NCBI GenBank assembly: GCA_021813005.1
Contig: JAKAMH010000001.1
Coordinates: 1 to 32,311, forward strand
Origin: a bacterium
GTDB lineage: Bacteria > Patescibacteriota > Microgenomatia > Levybacterales > UBA12049
Length of the DNA: 32,311 nt
Reading direction: 5' to 3'
The notes under the pieces were generated by a model, which made no database searches, was not told the DNA's origin, and worked only from the letters and a program-made list of their open reading frames with translations. The translations under genes were made by a program, and so were the position numbers. Below are positions 8,173-16,513 of this stretch, piece after piece (positions within the stretch are counted from its first letter, which is position 1; each line of letters opens with the position of its first letter).

Positions 8173-8220
8173 TCTAGTATCTAGTATCTAGTATCTAGTA
8201 TCTAGTATCTAGTATCTAGA
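8173..8220 (+). repeat. Tandem heptamer array (TCTAGTA) x ~6.7
   Basis: Read directly. It starts 2 nt after the TAA stop at 8168-8170. CTAG recurs every 7 nt and TAG falls in all three frames. Confidence 0.95.
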
Positions 8221-8270
8221 GCAAACTGTAGGTAGAAAGGATATGTGCCATTAAGATAGCGTTTGTTTTC

Positions 8271-8299
8271 TTGTTAATCATTGGTAAAAAAGATATATT
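8271..8299 (+). promoter_or_regulatory. Sigma70-type promoter TTGTTA-17-TATATT
   Basis: Hexamers read directly. The -10 ends 6 nt before the ATG at 8306, so the mRNA would be leaderless. Confidence 0.45.
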
Positions 8300-8305
8300 A
8301 AGAGT

Positions 8306-8602
8306 ATGTTAACAAAAAGTGATTTAGAACAGATAAGACATATTGTACGTGAGGAGATAGAAAATGAAGTCACCGTGGCAAAAGATGATATACAAACAGA
8401 CCTCACGATGTCAAAAGTTCTCATACAAGAGAACATTGACCAAGTGAAAGACAGGGTAAAAAATATTGAGATAAAAACTACCAGAATGCATAAAGAGTTA
8501 AAAGGGGAAATAAGGCTAGTGACGAACTTTCTGGATAAAGAAAATGTGAAAACGCTGAAACGGGTGGTAAAAATTGAAAATCATCTTGGCATATCTTCTT
8601 AG
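8306..8602 (+). CDS. Small hypothetical coiled-coil protein
   Basis: 98-aa AT-rich ORF with charged heptad-like sequence, a promoter directly upstream and no recognisable family. Confidence 0.5.
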   Translation: MLTKSDLEQIRHIVREEIENEVTVAKDDIQTDLTMSKVLIQENIDQVKDRVKNIEIKTTRMHKELKGEIRLVTNFLDKENVKTLKRVVKIENHLGISS

Positions 8603-8618
8603 TGACTTTTCCAAGCTC

Positions 8619-8648
8619 TTGTAAAAATCAGCAAAATACGCTAAAAAT
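8619..8648 (+). promoter_or_regulatory. Sigma70-type promoter TTGTAA-17/18-TAAAAAT
   Basis: Hexamers read directly. The -10 ends about 10 nt before the thyA ATG at 8659 and there is no Shine-Dalgarno. Confidence 0.4.
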
Positions 8649-8658
8649 GACAGTGTAG

Positions 8659-9663
8659 ATGGCAGACGCGACGCATCCCGAATATCAGTATTTAAATATC
8701 TTGCAAGATATTGTTACAAACGGATCTGATAAAGAATTATTTTTCACTCCAGAGGTTCTCGCAGAATATAAGAAAAAAGGGGAAAAACAACCATATATTC
8801 GCTCGGTATTTGGCAGACAAATGCGCTTTGATCTTTCTAAAGGATTTCCTCTTTTAACCACAAAAAAAGTGTTTACCCGCGGTATTATTATAGAGCTGTT
8901 ATGGTTTTTGAAAGGTAATCCTAATATTAAATTTTTAGTAGACAATAATGTGCACATTTGGGACGAATGGGCCTGGAAACGGTATCATAAACACTGTCTA
9001 GGAAATGATCCAAAAAAAGATTTAGAACAGGATGTGTTTATTGCTAAATTGAAGGAGTTGCCTGTAGATGATCCTTTTGTAGTAGAGTGGGGGAATATTA
9101 AGACTATGTATGGACAGATGTGGAGGCGTTGGCCAGCAAGTGATGGGCGTGAGATCGATCAGCTGGGTTGGGTTATTGATGGTCTAAAATCAAAGCCATT
9201 TAGAAAATCGTATGTTGTATCTGCTTGGAACCCGGATTTTATTTATGCAATGGCATCAAAAGGAAATGCGAGCGAAGTTCCGCCATTTTGTCATACCATG
9301 TATCAATTTTCGGTGACAGAGGGTAATAAATTGAACTGCGGTATGTATCAGCGGAGTGGTGATATGTTTTTGGGAGTTCCGTTTAATATTGCAAGTTATG
9401 CATTGCTACTTCTTATGGTTGCACAGGTAGCGGGACTTGAGCCTGGAGAATTCGTTCATTTTCTTGGAGATGCGCACATATACTCAAATCATTTTGATCA
9501 GGTACGAGAACAGCTTTCTCGAAAACCTCGACCATTTCCAACCATGAAGTTAGATCCCAAAATAAAAAATATTGACGAATTTACTTTAGAAGACTTTACA
9601 TTAGAAAACTATGATCCTCATCCTTCAATCAAGGCGGAAGTCGCAAATATTGGAGGATTTTAA
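8659..9663 (+). CDS. thyA: Thymidylate synthase ThyA, long form (L. casei-type small-domain insertion)
   Basis: Matching blocks are [28 protein letters not shown], the catalytic [44 protein letters not shown] and YDPHPSIKA. Extra segments follow IWDEWA and sit in the N-terminal loop. Confidence 0.92.
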   Translation: MADATHPEYQYLNILQDIVTNGSDKELFFTPEVLAEYKKKGEKQPYIRSVFGRQMRFDLSKGFPLLTTKKVFTRGIIIELLWFLKGNPNIKFLVDNNVHIWDEWAWKRYHKHCLGNDPKKDLEQDVFIAKLKELPVDDPFVVEWGNIKTMYGQMWRRWPASDGREIDQLGWVIDGLKSKPFRKSYVVSAWNPDFIYAMASKGNASEVPPFCHTMYQFSVTEGNKLNCGMYQRSGDMFLGVPFNIASYALLLLMVAQVAGLEPGEFVHFLGDAHIYSNHFDQVREQLSRKPRPFPTMKLDPKIKNIDEFTLEDFTLENYDPHPSIKAEVANIGGF

Positions 9664-9673
9664 AGGTTAAGAA

Positions 9674-10096
9674 ATGAAGACGTTTCCTCTGGCTGTGGGT
9701 GTAGTGCTTTTCCAGGGTGATACCGTTCTTTTGGTGCGTCATGAGAATGGAGCAGGGCATGTTACAGGCACATATGGACTCCCGGCGGGAAGGCTAAATC
9801 CCGGTGAGACTGAATTGCAGGCAGCTGTGCGTGAACTTCAGGAGGAGACAGGACTTGTAACATTGGAAGATCAATTAGCGTCATACCCTGATAACACATA
9901 CACAGGCACATTTGAGAGAAAAGGGATAGGCATGGTTACAGCATCCCTTACGGTCCTCATCTGCAGATCATTTACTGGTGCCCTCAAGAATTCATCAGAG
10001 ACCACCCCTGAGTGGGTGAAGATAGACGGTCTTTCCAAACTCAACCTTCTTCCCAATATTGAAAAGGCTGTTCATGAGGCTAGGCAGTATGTATAA
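9674..10096 (+). CDS. Nudix hydrolase
   Basis: Nudix box GRLNPGETELQAAVRELQEETGL (GX5EX7REUXEEXGU). Confidence 0.85.
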   Translation: MKTFPLAVGVVLFQGDTVLLVRHENGAGHVTGTYGLPAGRLNPGETELQAAVRELQEETGLVTLEDQLASYPDNTYTGTFERKGIGMVTASLTVLICRSFTGALKNSSETTPEWVKIDGLSKLNLLPNIEKAVHEARQYV

Positions 10097-10556
10097 TCAC
10101 GCGACCAAAAATTATGCTTGTCCGTTATGCATAGCGGCAGAAGGCAGAGAAGGTCCCGAGACGATGGTTGTACAAACGGATATTATTTACAAAGACGAAC
10201 TGGTGACTGCACTCGTCAATTCATTTTTCAGACCCCACAACATGGGGCATGTCATAGTCATCCCCAACAAACATTTTGAAAATATCTATGACATGGATGA
10301 CACGTATCTGGCACAGATCGCCAAAGTGGCGAAGAAGGTGGCGATTGCACTGAAAAAAGCCTACAAATGTGACGGGACATCCATAGCTCAGCACAACGAA
10401 CCGGCAGGCAACCAGGACGCTTTTCATTACCATCTGCACGTCTTCCCGCGATATGTCGGGGATGACCTGTACGGAGGATTAGCAGGAAAAGAACGTCTTC
10501 GACCGACACCTGAGGAAAGAATGAAATACGCCGACAAGCTCAAAAAATATCTTTAG
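10089..10556 (+). CDS. HIT-family nucleotide hydrolase/transferase
   Basis: Histidine triad FHYHLHVFPR. The ATG at 10089 (MYNHATKNYACPLC) overlaps the Nudix stop by 8 nt. The ORF is open from 10059, so the start is uncertain. Confidence 0.8.
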   Translation: MYNHATKNYACPLCIAAEGREGPETMVVQTDIIYKDELVTALVNSFFRPHNMGHVIVIPNKHFENIYDMDDTYLAQIAKVAKKVAIALKKAYKCDGTSIAQHNEPAGNQDAFHYHLHVFPRYVGDDLYGGLAGKERLRPTPEERMKYADKLKKYL

Positions 10557-10705
10557 TTTCCTCAAATCCTTCAGAGTGGTTTGCTAAAAATATTAATGAC
10601 CCTCATTACCTGCTCTCGTTCTCACGCGACACTTCGAAGAAGTTAAAACACTTTTGCTGAAGACGAGAATGACAAGTAAAGGATTATGTAATATGAGATG
10701 CTAAA

Positions 10706-10726
10706 TGTAGTGATGTATTGATACAT
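10706..10726. promoter_or_regulatory. Candidate operator half-copy TGTAGTGATGTATTGATACAT
   Basis: A 21-nt exact match to the left 21 nt of the palindrome at 11145-11172. It lies immediately upstream of, or overlapping, the start of the TrpR-like gene. Confidence 0.45.
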
Positions 10727-10735
10727 GGATACAGG

Positions 10736-11137
10736 ATGCGTTATGCTAAAATAGAGATAGGTATGGGCAAGCCGCGATCTGAGGTTTCAGATAAATTATA
10801 TTTTAGAGACGTAAGGTTTTTCTATGAAGCTTTTGCTTCTCTCAAAAATGTTGAAGAGGCAAAAATATTTATTAAGGATATTGTAACCAAGTCTGAACTG
10901 AGGATGCTCAAGCGACGTTGGCATATTGCCGGTCTCCTGCTTGAAGGGCATGATATTCGGAGTGTTGCAAGTAAGACAAAAACGAGCACACAAACAGTTT
11001 CTCGAGTCAAAAGGATACTAGAGGAAGGGCATGGTGGGCTGTTGACTGCGCTTGAGAGGATAAAGAAGGCGGAAAATAGAGAAAGAACAAGAATTGGACA
11101 TGGATCAAAATATGTCAAGGACTGGTTTCGCAAATAA
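10736..11137 (+). CDS. TrpR/YerC-YecD family DNA-binding protein
   Basis: FYEAF..L.N.EEAK.F..DI.T..EL.ML..RW.IA.LL..G...R.VA....TSTQTVSRVKR matches the YerC/TrpR-like HTH pattern. Start is uncertain: ATG 10736, ATG 10763, or the TTG at 10718 used in the ORF track. Confidence 0.75.
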   Translation: MRYAKIEIGMGKPRSEVSDKLYFRDVRFFYEAFASLKNVEEAKIFIKDIVTKSELRMLKRRWHIAGLLLEGHDIRSVASKTKTSTQTVSRVKRILEEGHGGLLTALERIKKAENRERTRIGHGSKYVKDWFRK

Positions 11138-11144
11138 AAAAAAT

Positions 11145-11172
11145 TGTAGTGATGTATTGATACATCACTACA
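11145..11172. promoter_or_regulatory. Perfect 12-bp-arm palindrome TGTAGTGATGTA-TTGA-TACATCACTACA (candidate operator or hairpin)
   Basis: Read directly. It lies 8 nt after the TrpR-like stop and 52 nt before the next gene, overlapping the -35 region of a possible TACAAT promoter. Confidence 0.5.
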
Positions 11173-11224
11173 GAGACAATGCATATTTATACAATACAGG
11201 CAGAGCAATGATTGGAGGTGTCAT

Positions 11225-11611
11225 ATGACGATTTATGTGTCTCATTCAAGAGAATTCGATTTTGAGAAAGAACTCTATGAGCCGATCAGAAGCGCGAATT
11301 TTTTTAAGAACCATACCTTTATTTTTCCGCATGAGGAAGGAAGAGAAGAGCCATATCCGACAAAACAGTTTTTCCAAAGTGGGGAGTGTGATCTCATTCT
11401 CGCCGAGGTTTCCTACCCGTCAACCGGCCAGGGGATAGAACTTGGCTGGGCCGATCTTCTGAACATACCAATTATCTGTCATCACAAAGACGGCATGCGT
11501 CCCTCGCAGTCTTTGTCTCTTATCAGCAGTAAACTCATTATGTATACTGATACGAGTGATCTGATTCATGATATCGAGGGAGTTTTCCGCCATTATGAAA
11601 CAGAGAATTAG
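11225..11611 (+). CDS. Nucleoside 2-deoxyribosyltransferase superfamily protein (DNPH1/Rcl-like)
   Basis: DLILAEVSYPSTGQGIELGWADLLNIPIICHH resembles the Rcl/NDT core motif (AEV..PS.G.G.ELG.A). A GGAGG Shine-Dalgarno precedes the ATG. Confidence 0.6.
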   Translation: MTIYVSHSREFDFEKELYEPIRSANFFKNHTFIFPHEEGREEPYPTKQFFQSGECDLILAEVSYPSTGQGIELGWADLLNIPIICHHKDGMRPSQSLSLISSKLIMYTDTSDLIHDIEGVFRHYETEN

Positions 11612-12080
11612 CATTATCGCGGCCATGACAGAAGACAGGGTGATTGGACGGGACAACAAACTGCCCTGGCATATCCCCGAAGACCTGAAGCGTTTCAAGA
11701 ACTTGACGACAGGACATCCTGTCATCATGGGACGACGGACGTTTGAGTCGATAGGAAGACTTCTGCCGGGCAGAACCAATATCATCATTTCAAGGGACTT
11801 AAATTATGCGGTAGAAGACGCAGTTATTGTGCATTCGCTTGAGGAAGCATTGGTCGAAGCCGAGAGCGCGGAGGGAAGTGAGGAAATATTTATCATCGGC
11901 GGTGGGCAGATATTTACCCAGGCTATAGGCATGGCAGACAGACTCTACTTGACCATTGTCCATGCTCGCGTCACCGGAGACGCGTACTTTCCTGAATACC
12001 AAGAATTCGGCAAAGTAGTTGAACGGGACGACCATGGCGGGGACAAATATGACTACACGTTTCTAACGCTTGAAAAATAG
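11595..12080 (+). CDS. folA: Dihydrofolate reductase
   Basis: ISIIAAMTEDRVIGRDNKLPWHIPEDLKRFKNLTTGHPVIMGRRTFESIG and IFIIGGGQIF. The ATG at 11595 is preferred over the track start at 11568 and overlaps the upstream gene by 17 nt. Confidence 0.9.
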   Translation: MKQRISIIAAMTEDRVIGRDNKLPWHIPEDLKRFKNLTTGHPVIMGRRTFESIGRLLPGRTNIIISRDLNYAVEDAVIVHSLEEALVEAESAEGSEEIFIIGGGQIFTQAIGMADRLYLTIVHARVTGDAYFPEYQEFGKVVERDDHGGDKYDYTFLTLEK

Positions 12081-12083
12081 TGT

Positions 12084-12728
12084 TTATGTGAGGTGGGGAG
12101 CCAGTTTTTTCGCGATAGATAGTAAGCCATCGTTGCCCTGATCAAAATGTTGTATTTCTTTATCCGTGATAATTATAAGCGGGATATTAGAAGCCGAAAT
12201 TTTACTTTCAACACTCTCGACGCCGGCTGCAAGTCGTATGAGATACTCTTCCCGATATTGCCGGAGTTCATAATCCCGTCCTCGTTTGCTGATCCGCTCT
12301 AAAAGCGTAGGAAGAGGATACTGCAGAGAAATAACTATCTGTGCATAAGAGGAAAAATTGTTTTCAGCCATCTCATAGATTTCCTGATAAAGTTCCCATT
12401 CATGATTAGTAAGAATGCCGGCAGCAAAATGACTATACGCGTAGACCCAGTTCATAAAAAGCCCACTATCGATAATAATCTGCGAGCCGGCTGACCGGGT
12501 TACATTTTCTGCGATAAGACGGGCCCTGTGGTAAGTCATCCAAACTTCGTTGGTAAATCCCCACCGTTTCATGTCGGAGAGGAACGTTTCTGCCAATGGA
12601 TTTTCTGTCTGGAACAGGTTATCTGCTTCCAGCTTTTCCAGGGAAAGGTGGTCTGAAAGCAGGCTGGTGAGTGTTGATTTGCCGGATGCGACATTCCCGA
12701 TGATGGTAATGAGTGTTTTTTGTTTCAC
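12084..12728 (-). CDS. Deoxynucleoside kinase (dNK family)
   Basis: P-loop IIGNVASGKSTL and LID motif RISKRGRDYE. It has a GTG start overlapping the upstream stop (GTGA). Confidence 0.8.
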   Translation of the reverse strand: MKQKTLITIIGNVASGKSTLTSLLSDHLSLEKLEADNLFQTENPLAETFLSDMKRWGFTNEVWMTYHRARLIAENVTRSAGSQIIIDSGLFMNWVYAYSHFAAGILTNHEWELYQEIYEMAENNFSSYAQIVISLQYPLPTLLERISKRGRDYELRQYREEYLIRLAAGVESVESKISASNIPLIIITDKEIQHFDQGNDGLLSIAKKLAPHLT

Positions 12729-13996
12729 GTCCTTCTTAGCTCCTTGCGTGAGGTATGGAAATGCGGAGTATTCTGGAGCGTCGCAAGATAGGAGAGGATT
12801 TTGTCTGAAAAGCCGTCCCTGCCATATCTGGTAATAGATGCCGAGGCATTAAATACGAAACCGCTGGCTGCGGATTGGTCGGTAAATCCCATCTCAAAAA
12901 CATCAATGCCGGGTAAAAGTGCGAAGATACTTTCAACAGTTAAGGCAACTCTGCCGCTATAAATTTCAAAAAAATTTTCAACAGTTGATTTGAAATGAGG
13001 CTTACCCTCACTCCTGTAGAGTTCGTGGGTATGACGTGAGACGTACGCTTTGTATCCGTTTCTGCTACTGTGCGGGAGAGCCAAGCCACGGAGTTTTGGC
13101 AGTTCCGTTTCGTTTATCTCCGGATTAAAATCCAATCTCCAGATGAACTTGTCTCCCTTTGCCTCAGTATGAGTTGTCCCAAGCAGGAGGTTGGTGGCGG
13201 TGTGACTATCGGCGTCCACTGCCTCAGGATGAATGGCTTTTGCGCTAAGCCTATCCCGTCCAATGTGCATCTTATCGCTGGCAATCAGAGCTACCCCTTC
13301 CGGCCCAAACTGTTTTAGCATGTAACTGCTTCTTTTATCGAGTGACAGAGGGTCGGTGTGCCTTTGGTTTGATTCGTTGAGGCCGTTGGCGACATCCTCT
13401 TCGTGCCGTTTAACGGCGCGTTCTATCTTTGCCCAGTCCATTTTAGAGAAGGCCAGATTTGGATAGAGTCCATGAAAAACCTGAGGAGCAAGTACCGATT
13501 GGCTAAATCGACTAAGGAGGTTTCCCAGATCATGTGCAGCAGCGGCGGCGGCAAACCGCCTCTGGACACTCAAATCATACCCACCTGCTTCGAGGAGATA
13601 TAATCCTGTTTCTCCGACCTTCTCCGCATGTTGTCTGTCATGGCGGTTGTATCCGTAAGGTTTCAGCGCGTCAAGCGACAGTGATACAGCCTCATATACC
13701 GGTTCAAGGTCGTCCATGAACCTGGCCAGTAGTTCGCGGGGTTGCATGTCATACGGGTTGAGGTGTTCTTCTACGTAGTATTGCCACTCACCGCTGGGAG
13801 AGATAAGTGTGTCGACAAACTCGTCGGAGTGTACACTCAGGAGTGTCTGGCGCAGATCAAGTACTTGGTCTCCGGGCTTGTGTATGGCGACAACAGGTGT
13901 ACGCTCAAGGGAGATCCCCTCTGCGTGCCGGCGCTGCCAGCGGGCAAGCCTAACTACTGACGATGGTCCTGACTGTTCAGTCATATTTTCCCACAA
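12725..13996 (-). CDS. HD-domain phosphohydrolase (possibly dNTP-triphosphohydrolase-like)
   Basis: H...HD signature (RQHAEKV ... AAAHDLGNLL) in a 423-aa ORF translationally coupled to the dNK gene. Confidence 0.6.
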   Translation of the reverse strand: MWENMTEQSGPSSVVRLARWQRRHAEGISLERTPVVAIHKPGDQVLDLRQTLLSVHSDEFVDTLISPSGEWQYYVEEHLNPYDMQPRELLARFMDDLEPVYEAVSLSLDALKPYGYNRHDRQHAEKVGETGLYLLEAGGYDLSVQRRFAAAAAAHDLGNLLSRFSQSVLAPQVFHGLYPNLAFSKMDWAKIERAVKRHEEDVANGLNESNQRHTDPLSLDKRSSYMLKQFGPEGVALIASDKMHIGRDRLSAKAIHPEAVDADSHTATNLLLGTTHTEAKGDKFIWRLDFNPEINETELPKLRGLALPHSSRNGYKAYVSRHTHELYRSEGKPHFKSTVENFFEIYSGRVALTVESIFALLPGIDVFEMGFTDQSAASGFVFNASASITRYGRDGFSDKILSYLATLQNTPHFHTSRKELRRT

Positions 13997-14122
13997 AAAA
14001 TCCCCTGCCGGAAGTTTCCCTGCAGAGGCTTAAACACTTGACAAAAATCGAGTACCATAATCAATTATATCCGGCTGTGGTGTATCTTGTCAACGAGGTT
14101 TTATTGTCAACCACAAAACGGC

Positions 14123-14150
14123 TTGACTTATTAATCTGCCATGTTATAAT
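14123..14150 (+). promoter_or_regulatory. Sigma70-type promoter TTGACT-16-TATAAT
   Basis: Read directly. The -10 ends 16 nt before the ATG at 14167. Confidence 0.55.
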
Positions 14151-14166
14151 GACTGTCCTATAGCAT

Positions 14167-15513
14167 ATGAACTCTGCCGAATTACTGCGGAACAGGGCTG
14201 AGAACAATACACCTGAAGTAGATTCAGGAGCGACTCCACTTGCCCGTCATATTGAACGTCAAATTACTGCTACAGGACCAATTTCTTTTGGTAAGTACAT
14301 GGAGCTTTTGCTTAATGGAGCAAAGCTTTCTGATGGTTCTCACATTCCTGGTTTTTACACACAGGAGTATGTTCCGATTGGCGATAAGGATACAGCTATT
14401 CCCAAAGATGAAGTGGCTTTCTACACTTCCCCTGAAAGAACACCTCTTTTTGGTATGACTGCCTCCTCTCAAATACTTGAGATGTATGACATACTCGGTC
14501 AGCCGGATGACTTCAGAATTGTCGAGATGGGAGCCGGAAATGGCACTCTGGCGCATGATATACTGCATGGCATTAAGTACTTTTCCCAACGGCACGGCAG
14601 AGATTTGCCTAAACTTCGTTATACGATTGTTGAGCAGAGCGATACGCTTGCCAGAAAACAGAAAAGTCGGCTCTCTCAGTTTAACGAATTTCCAAAAGAA
14701 ATAGTGCAGGGGTCATCAACTGATCTGCCTTTAGGCAGGATCACCGGTGTGATTCTATCCAATGAACTTCCCGACGCATTCCCGGTAGAGCTTGTGCGTA
14801 AAAACGCTGACACTTTCGAGCAAATGTATGTTGCAGCGGGTAATGAACAGGTATTTGCTGAAGTATGGCAAAGTCCAACCGAGGAACTACGGGAATTCCT
14901 AGATGTACATGACCCGCACCTGCACGATAATGGTGTTCCATATCCCTACAATAAAGGCTTGAAGCCATGGATGCGGGAGATCTCTCGTGTGCTTGATCGG
15001 GGGTTTGCCATAACAATTGACTACGATGAGTTATACACTCTGTGCGGTTTGTCGGATGAAAGGAAGGTGCAAACAATGCGATTCTATGCACCGGGAATAG
15101 GAGATGTCGCAGACACGGCTGGCATGGAACATATTCTTAGTAAGAAATTCGCCGGGAAGGGAGACGTGACAACAGGAATTGATTTTCATCTGTTGCAGAG
15201 GATGGGACAGTCAGCCGGTCTTAAGACTGAGGGCTATACTACCCAAGCCGGATTTCTATTTAGTCTTGGATATCACGGGCTAAAGCGCGATATACCGCGA
15301 ACTTACCCGCATGGCGTAGGAGACCGGCGATTTCGTAACTATGCATTTTTGGACGAAGAGATGCTTGATCCGGGATTTAAGGTCCTCATTCAGTCAAAGG
15401 GGGTTAGCGATGGTTCGCACCTTACTGGAATGGACTGGGTAATCACTTCAGAAAAAGACAAAAAATTCTTTACGCCGCTTCCGGGGCAAGAAGTAACTGT
15501 GTGGGAGAAGTAA
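14167..15513 (+). CDS. SAM-dependent methyltransferase, MidA/NDUFAF7 (COG1565) family
   Basis: GPISFGKYMELLL, SAM motif IVEMGAGNGTLAHDIL and ILSNELPDAFPV are typical of the family. Confidence 0.75.
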   Translation: MNSAELLRNRAENNTPEVDSGATPLARHIERQITATGPISFGKYMELLLNGAKLSDGSHIPGFYTQEYVPIGDKDTAIPKDEVAFYTSPERTPLFGMTASSQILEMYDILGQPDDFRIVEMGAGNGTLAHDILHGIKYFSQRHGRDLPKLRYTIVEQSDTLARKQKSRLSQFNEFPKEIVQGSSTDLPLGRITGVILSNELPDAFPVELVRKNADTFEQMYVAAGNEQVFAEVWQSPTEELREFLDVHDPHLHDNGVPYPYNKGLKPWMREISRVLDRGFAITIDYDELYTLCGLSDERKVQTMRFYAPGIGDVADTAGMEHILSKKFAGKGDVTTGIDFHLLQRMGQSAGLKTEGYTTQAGFLFSLGYHGLKRDIPRTYPHGVGDRRFRNYAFLDEEMLDPGFKVLIQSKGVSDGSHLTGMDWVITSEKDKKFFTPLPGQEVTVWEK

Positions 15514-15515
15514 AT

Positions 15516-16340
15516 TTACTTGGCAATATAAACAATACCTTGTCTTGAGAAACGTGCTCGATGGTCCATTCTCTCGCCAAACCCCAGCTCAACCTCTTTG
15601 TCGATAATCTCTTCGCATGTTTGGTATACATCAATTGAAGAGTTATTCTCTACAATATCATAAAAAGGGTGTTTACCAGTCTGCGGATCACGTAGACTTG
15701 GATTAAACGGACTGTCAACATTAATGCCATGATAAGAGGTAAGTATTGGATGGCCTTTTCTAAATTGAACAAAATCTCCTTGTTCACGCTCCATTGTCTC
15801 CCGCATGATTTCCTTTTGCGATAATGGCTTAGAACCGGCACCCAACTTGCTGTTCTCACGCTTTGCTAATCGTCGCATTCGTTCACGTCTATTAGCTACC
15901 AAGAGTATTCGAGCTATGCGCGGAGCCTCAATACCCATCTCGTTGAATACCTCCGTGGCATTTATCCCTGCCATTCTTCCTTCAACAATAATCGGCCTAT
16001 CCAATTCATCTGCATGCCTAAAGAGTTCACGTTGGAATTCGTCCACCATCCAGTCAATCTCGTCAGGTCGTTCAACATAACCAATTATCTCCTTGCCCAG
16101 AATTACTCTCACAATTTCCCGCTCTATCTCACCAATTTTGAATACATATGCCCCATGTCTCCAAGCAAGGATCTCTGTTGATTTCGACTTCCCAGTACCG
16201 GAGGGTCCAGATACAGTCATTATTTTAAAATGAGGTATTACAAACTCTCTTGTAGGAGCCTGTTCCGGTATACGAGTCTTTTGCTTCTCTAAAACCTTCT
16301 CAAAAGACTCGTGCCATTCCTGTGGGATAAATCGTTCCAT
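15516..16340 (-). CDS. Cytidylate-kinase-like P-loop NMP kinase with N- and C-terminal extensions
   Basis: Walker A VSGPSGTGKSKST, then IIVEGRMAG and ILLVANRRERMRRLAKRE, resembles the Cmk pattern (GR...L.A....RA.RR). Confidence 0.5.
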   Translation of the reverse strand: MERFIPQEWHESFEKVLEKQKTRIPEQAPTREFVIPHFKIMTVSGPSGTGKSKSTEILAWRHGAYVFKIGEIEREIVRVILGKEIIGYVERPDEIDWMVDEFQRELFRHADELDRPIIVEGRMAGINATEVFNEMGIEAPRIARILLVANRRERMRRLAKRENSKLGAGSKPLSQKEIMRETMEREQGDFVQFRKGHPILTSYHGINVDSPFNPSLRDPQTGKHPFYDIVENNSSIDVYQTCEEIIDKEVELGFGERMDHRARFSRQGIVYIAK

Positions 16341-16472
16341 AGTCAGCTTATAATTATAGGATATTTTTACTTAAAAAGCAAAGAGTATTCAAGCTGCCAT
16401 TAAGCAAACAACCACAGTAGTTTAGATTACATCGGTTCGTCAATCTGAAGCATTTTTATATAGTCTGATGCC

Positions 16473-16501
16473 TTGTCTTAGGCAAATCTCAACAGTATAA
16501 T
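16473..16501 (+). promoter_or_regulatory. Sigma70-type promoter TTGTCT-17-TATAAT
   Basis: Read directly. The -10 ends 12 nt before the glyA ATG at 16514 and there is no Shine-Dalgarno. Confidence 0.5.
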
Positions 16502-16513
16502 CACTCCATACCG

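Noticed and set aside
8173-8220. CRISPR array (also considered for 29531-29600).
   Set aside because: The units are 7 nt, contiguous and without spacers, and no cas genes are present. These are simple tandem repeats.
8659-9663. ThyA homolog as a dCMP hydroxymethylase.
   Set aside because: The pyrimidine-specifying Asn is retained (GVPFNIASY). From memory, dCMP hydroxymethylases carry Asp at this position. folA and glyA are co-located, as expected for a true thymidylate synthase cycle. A dUMP-modifying variant cannot be excluded from sequence alone.
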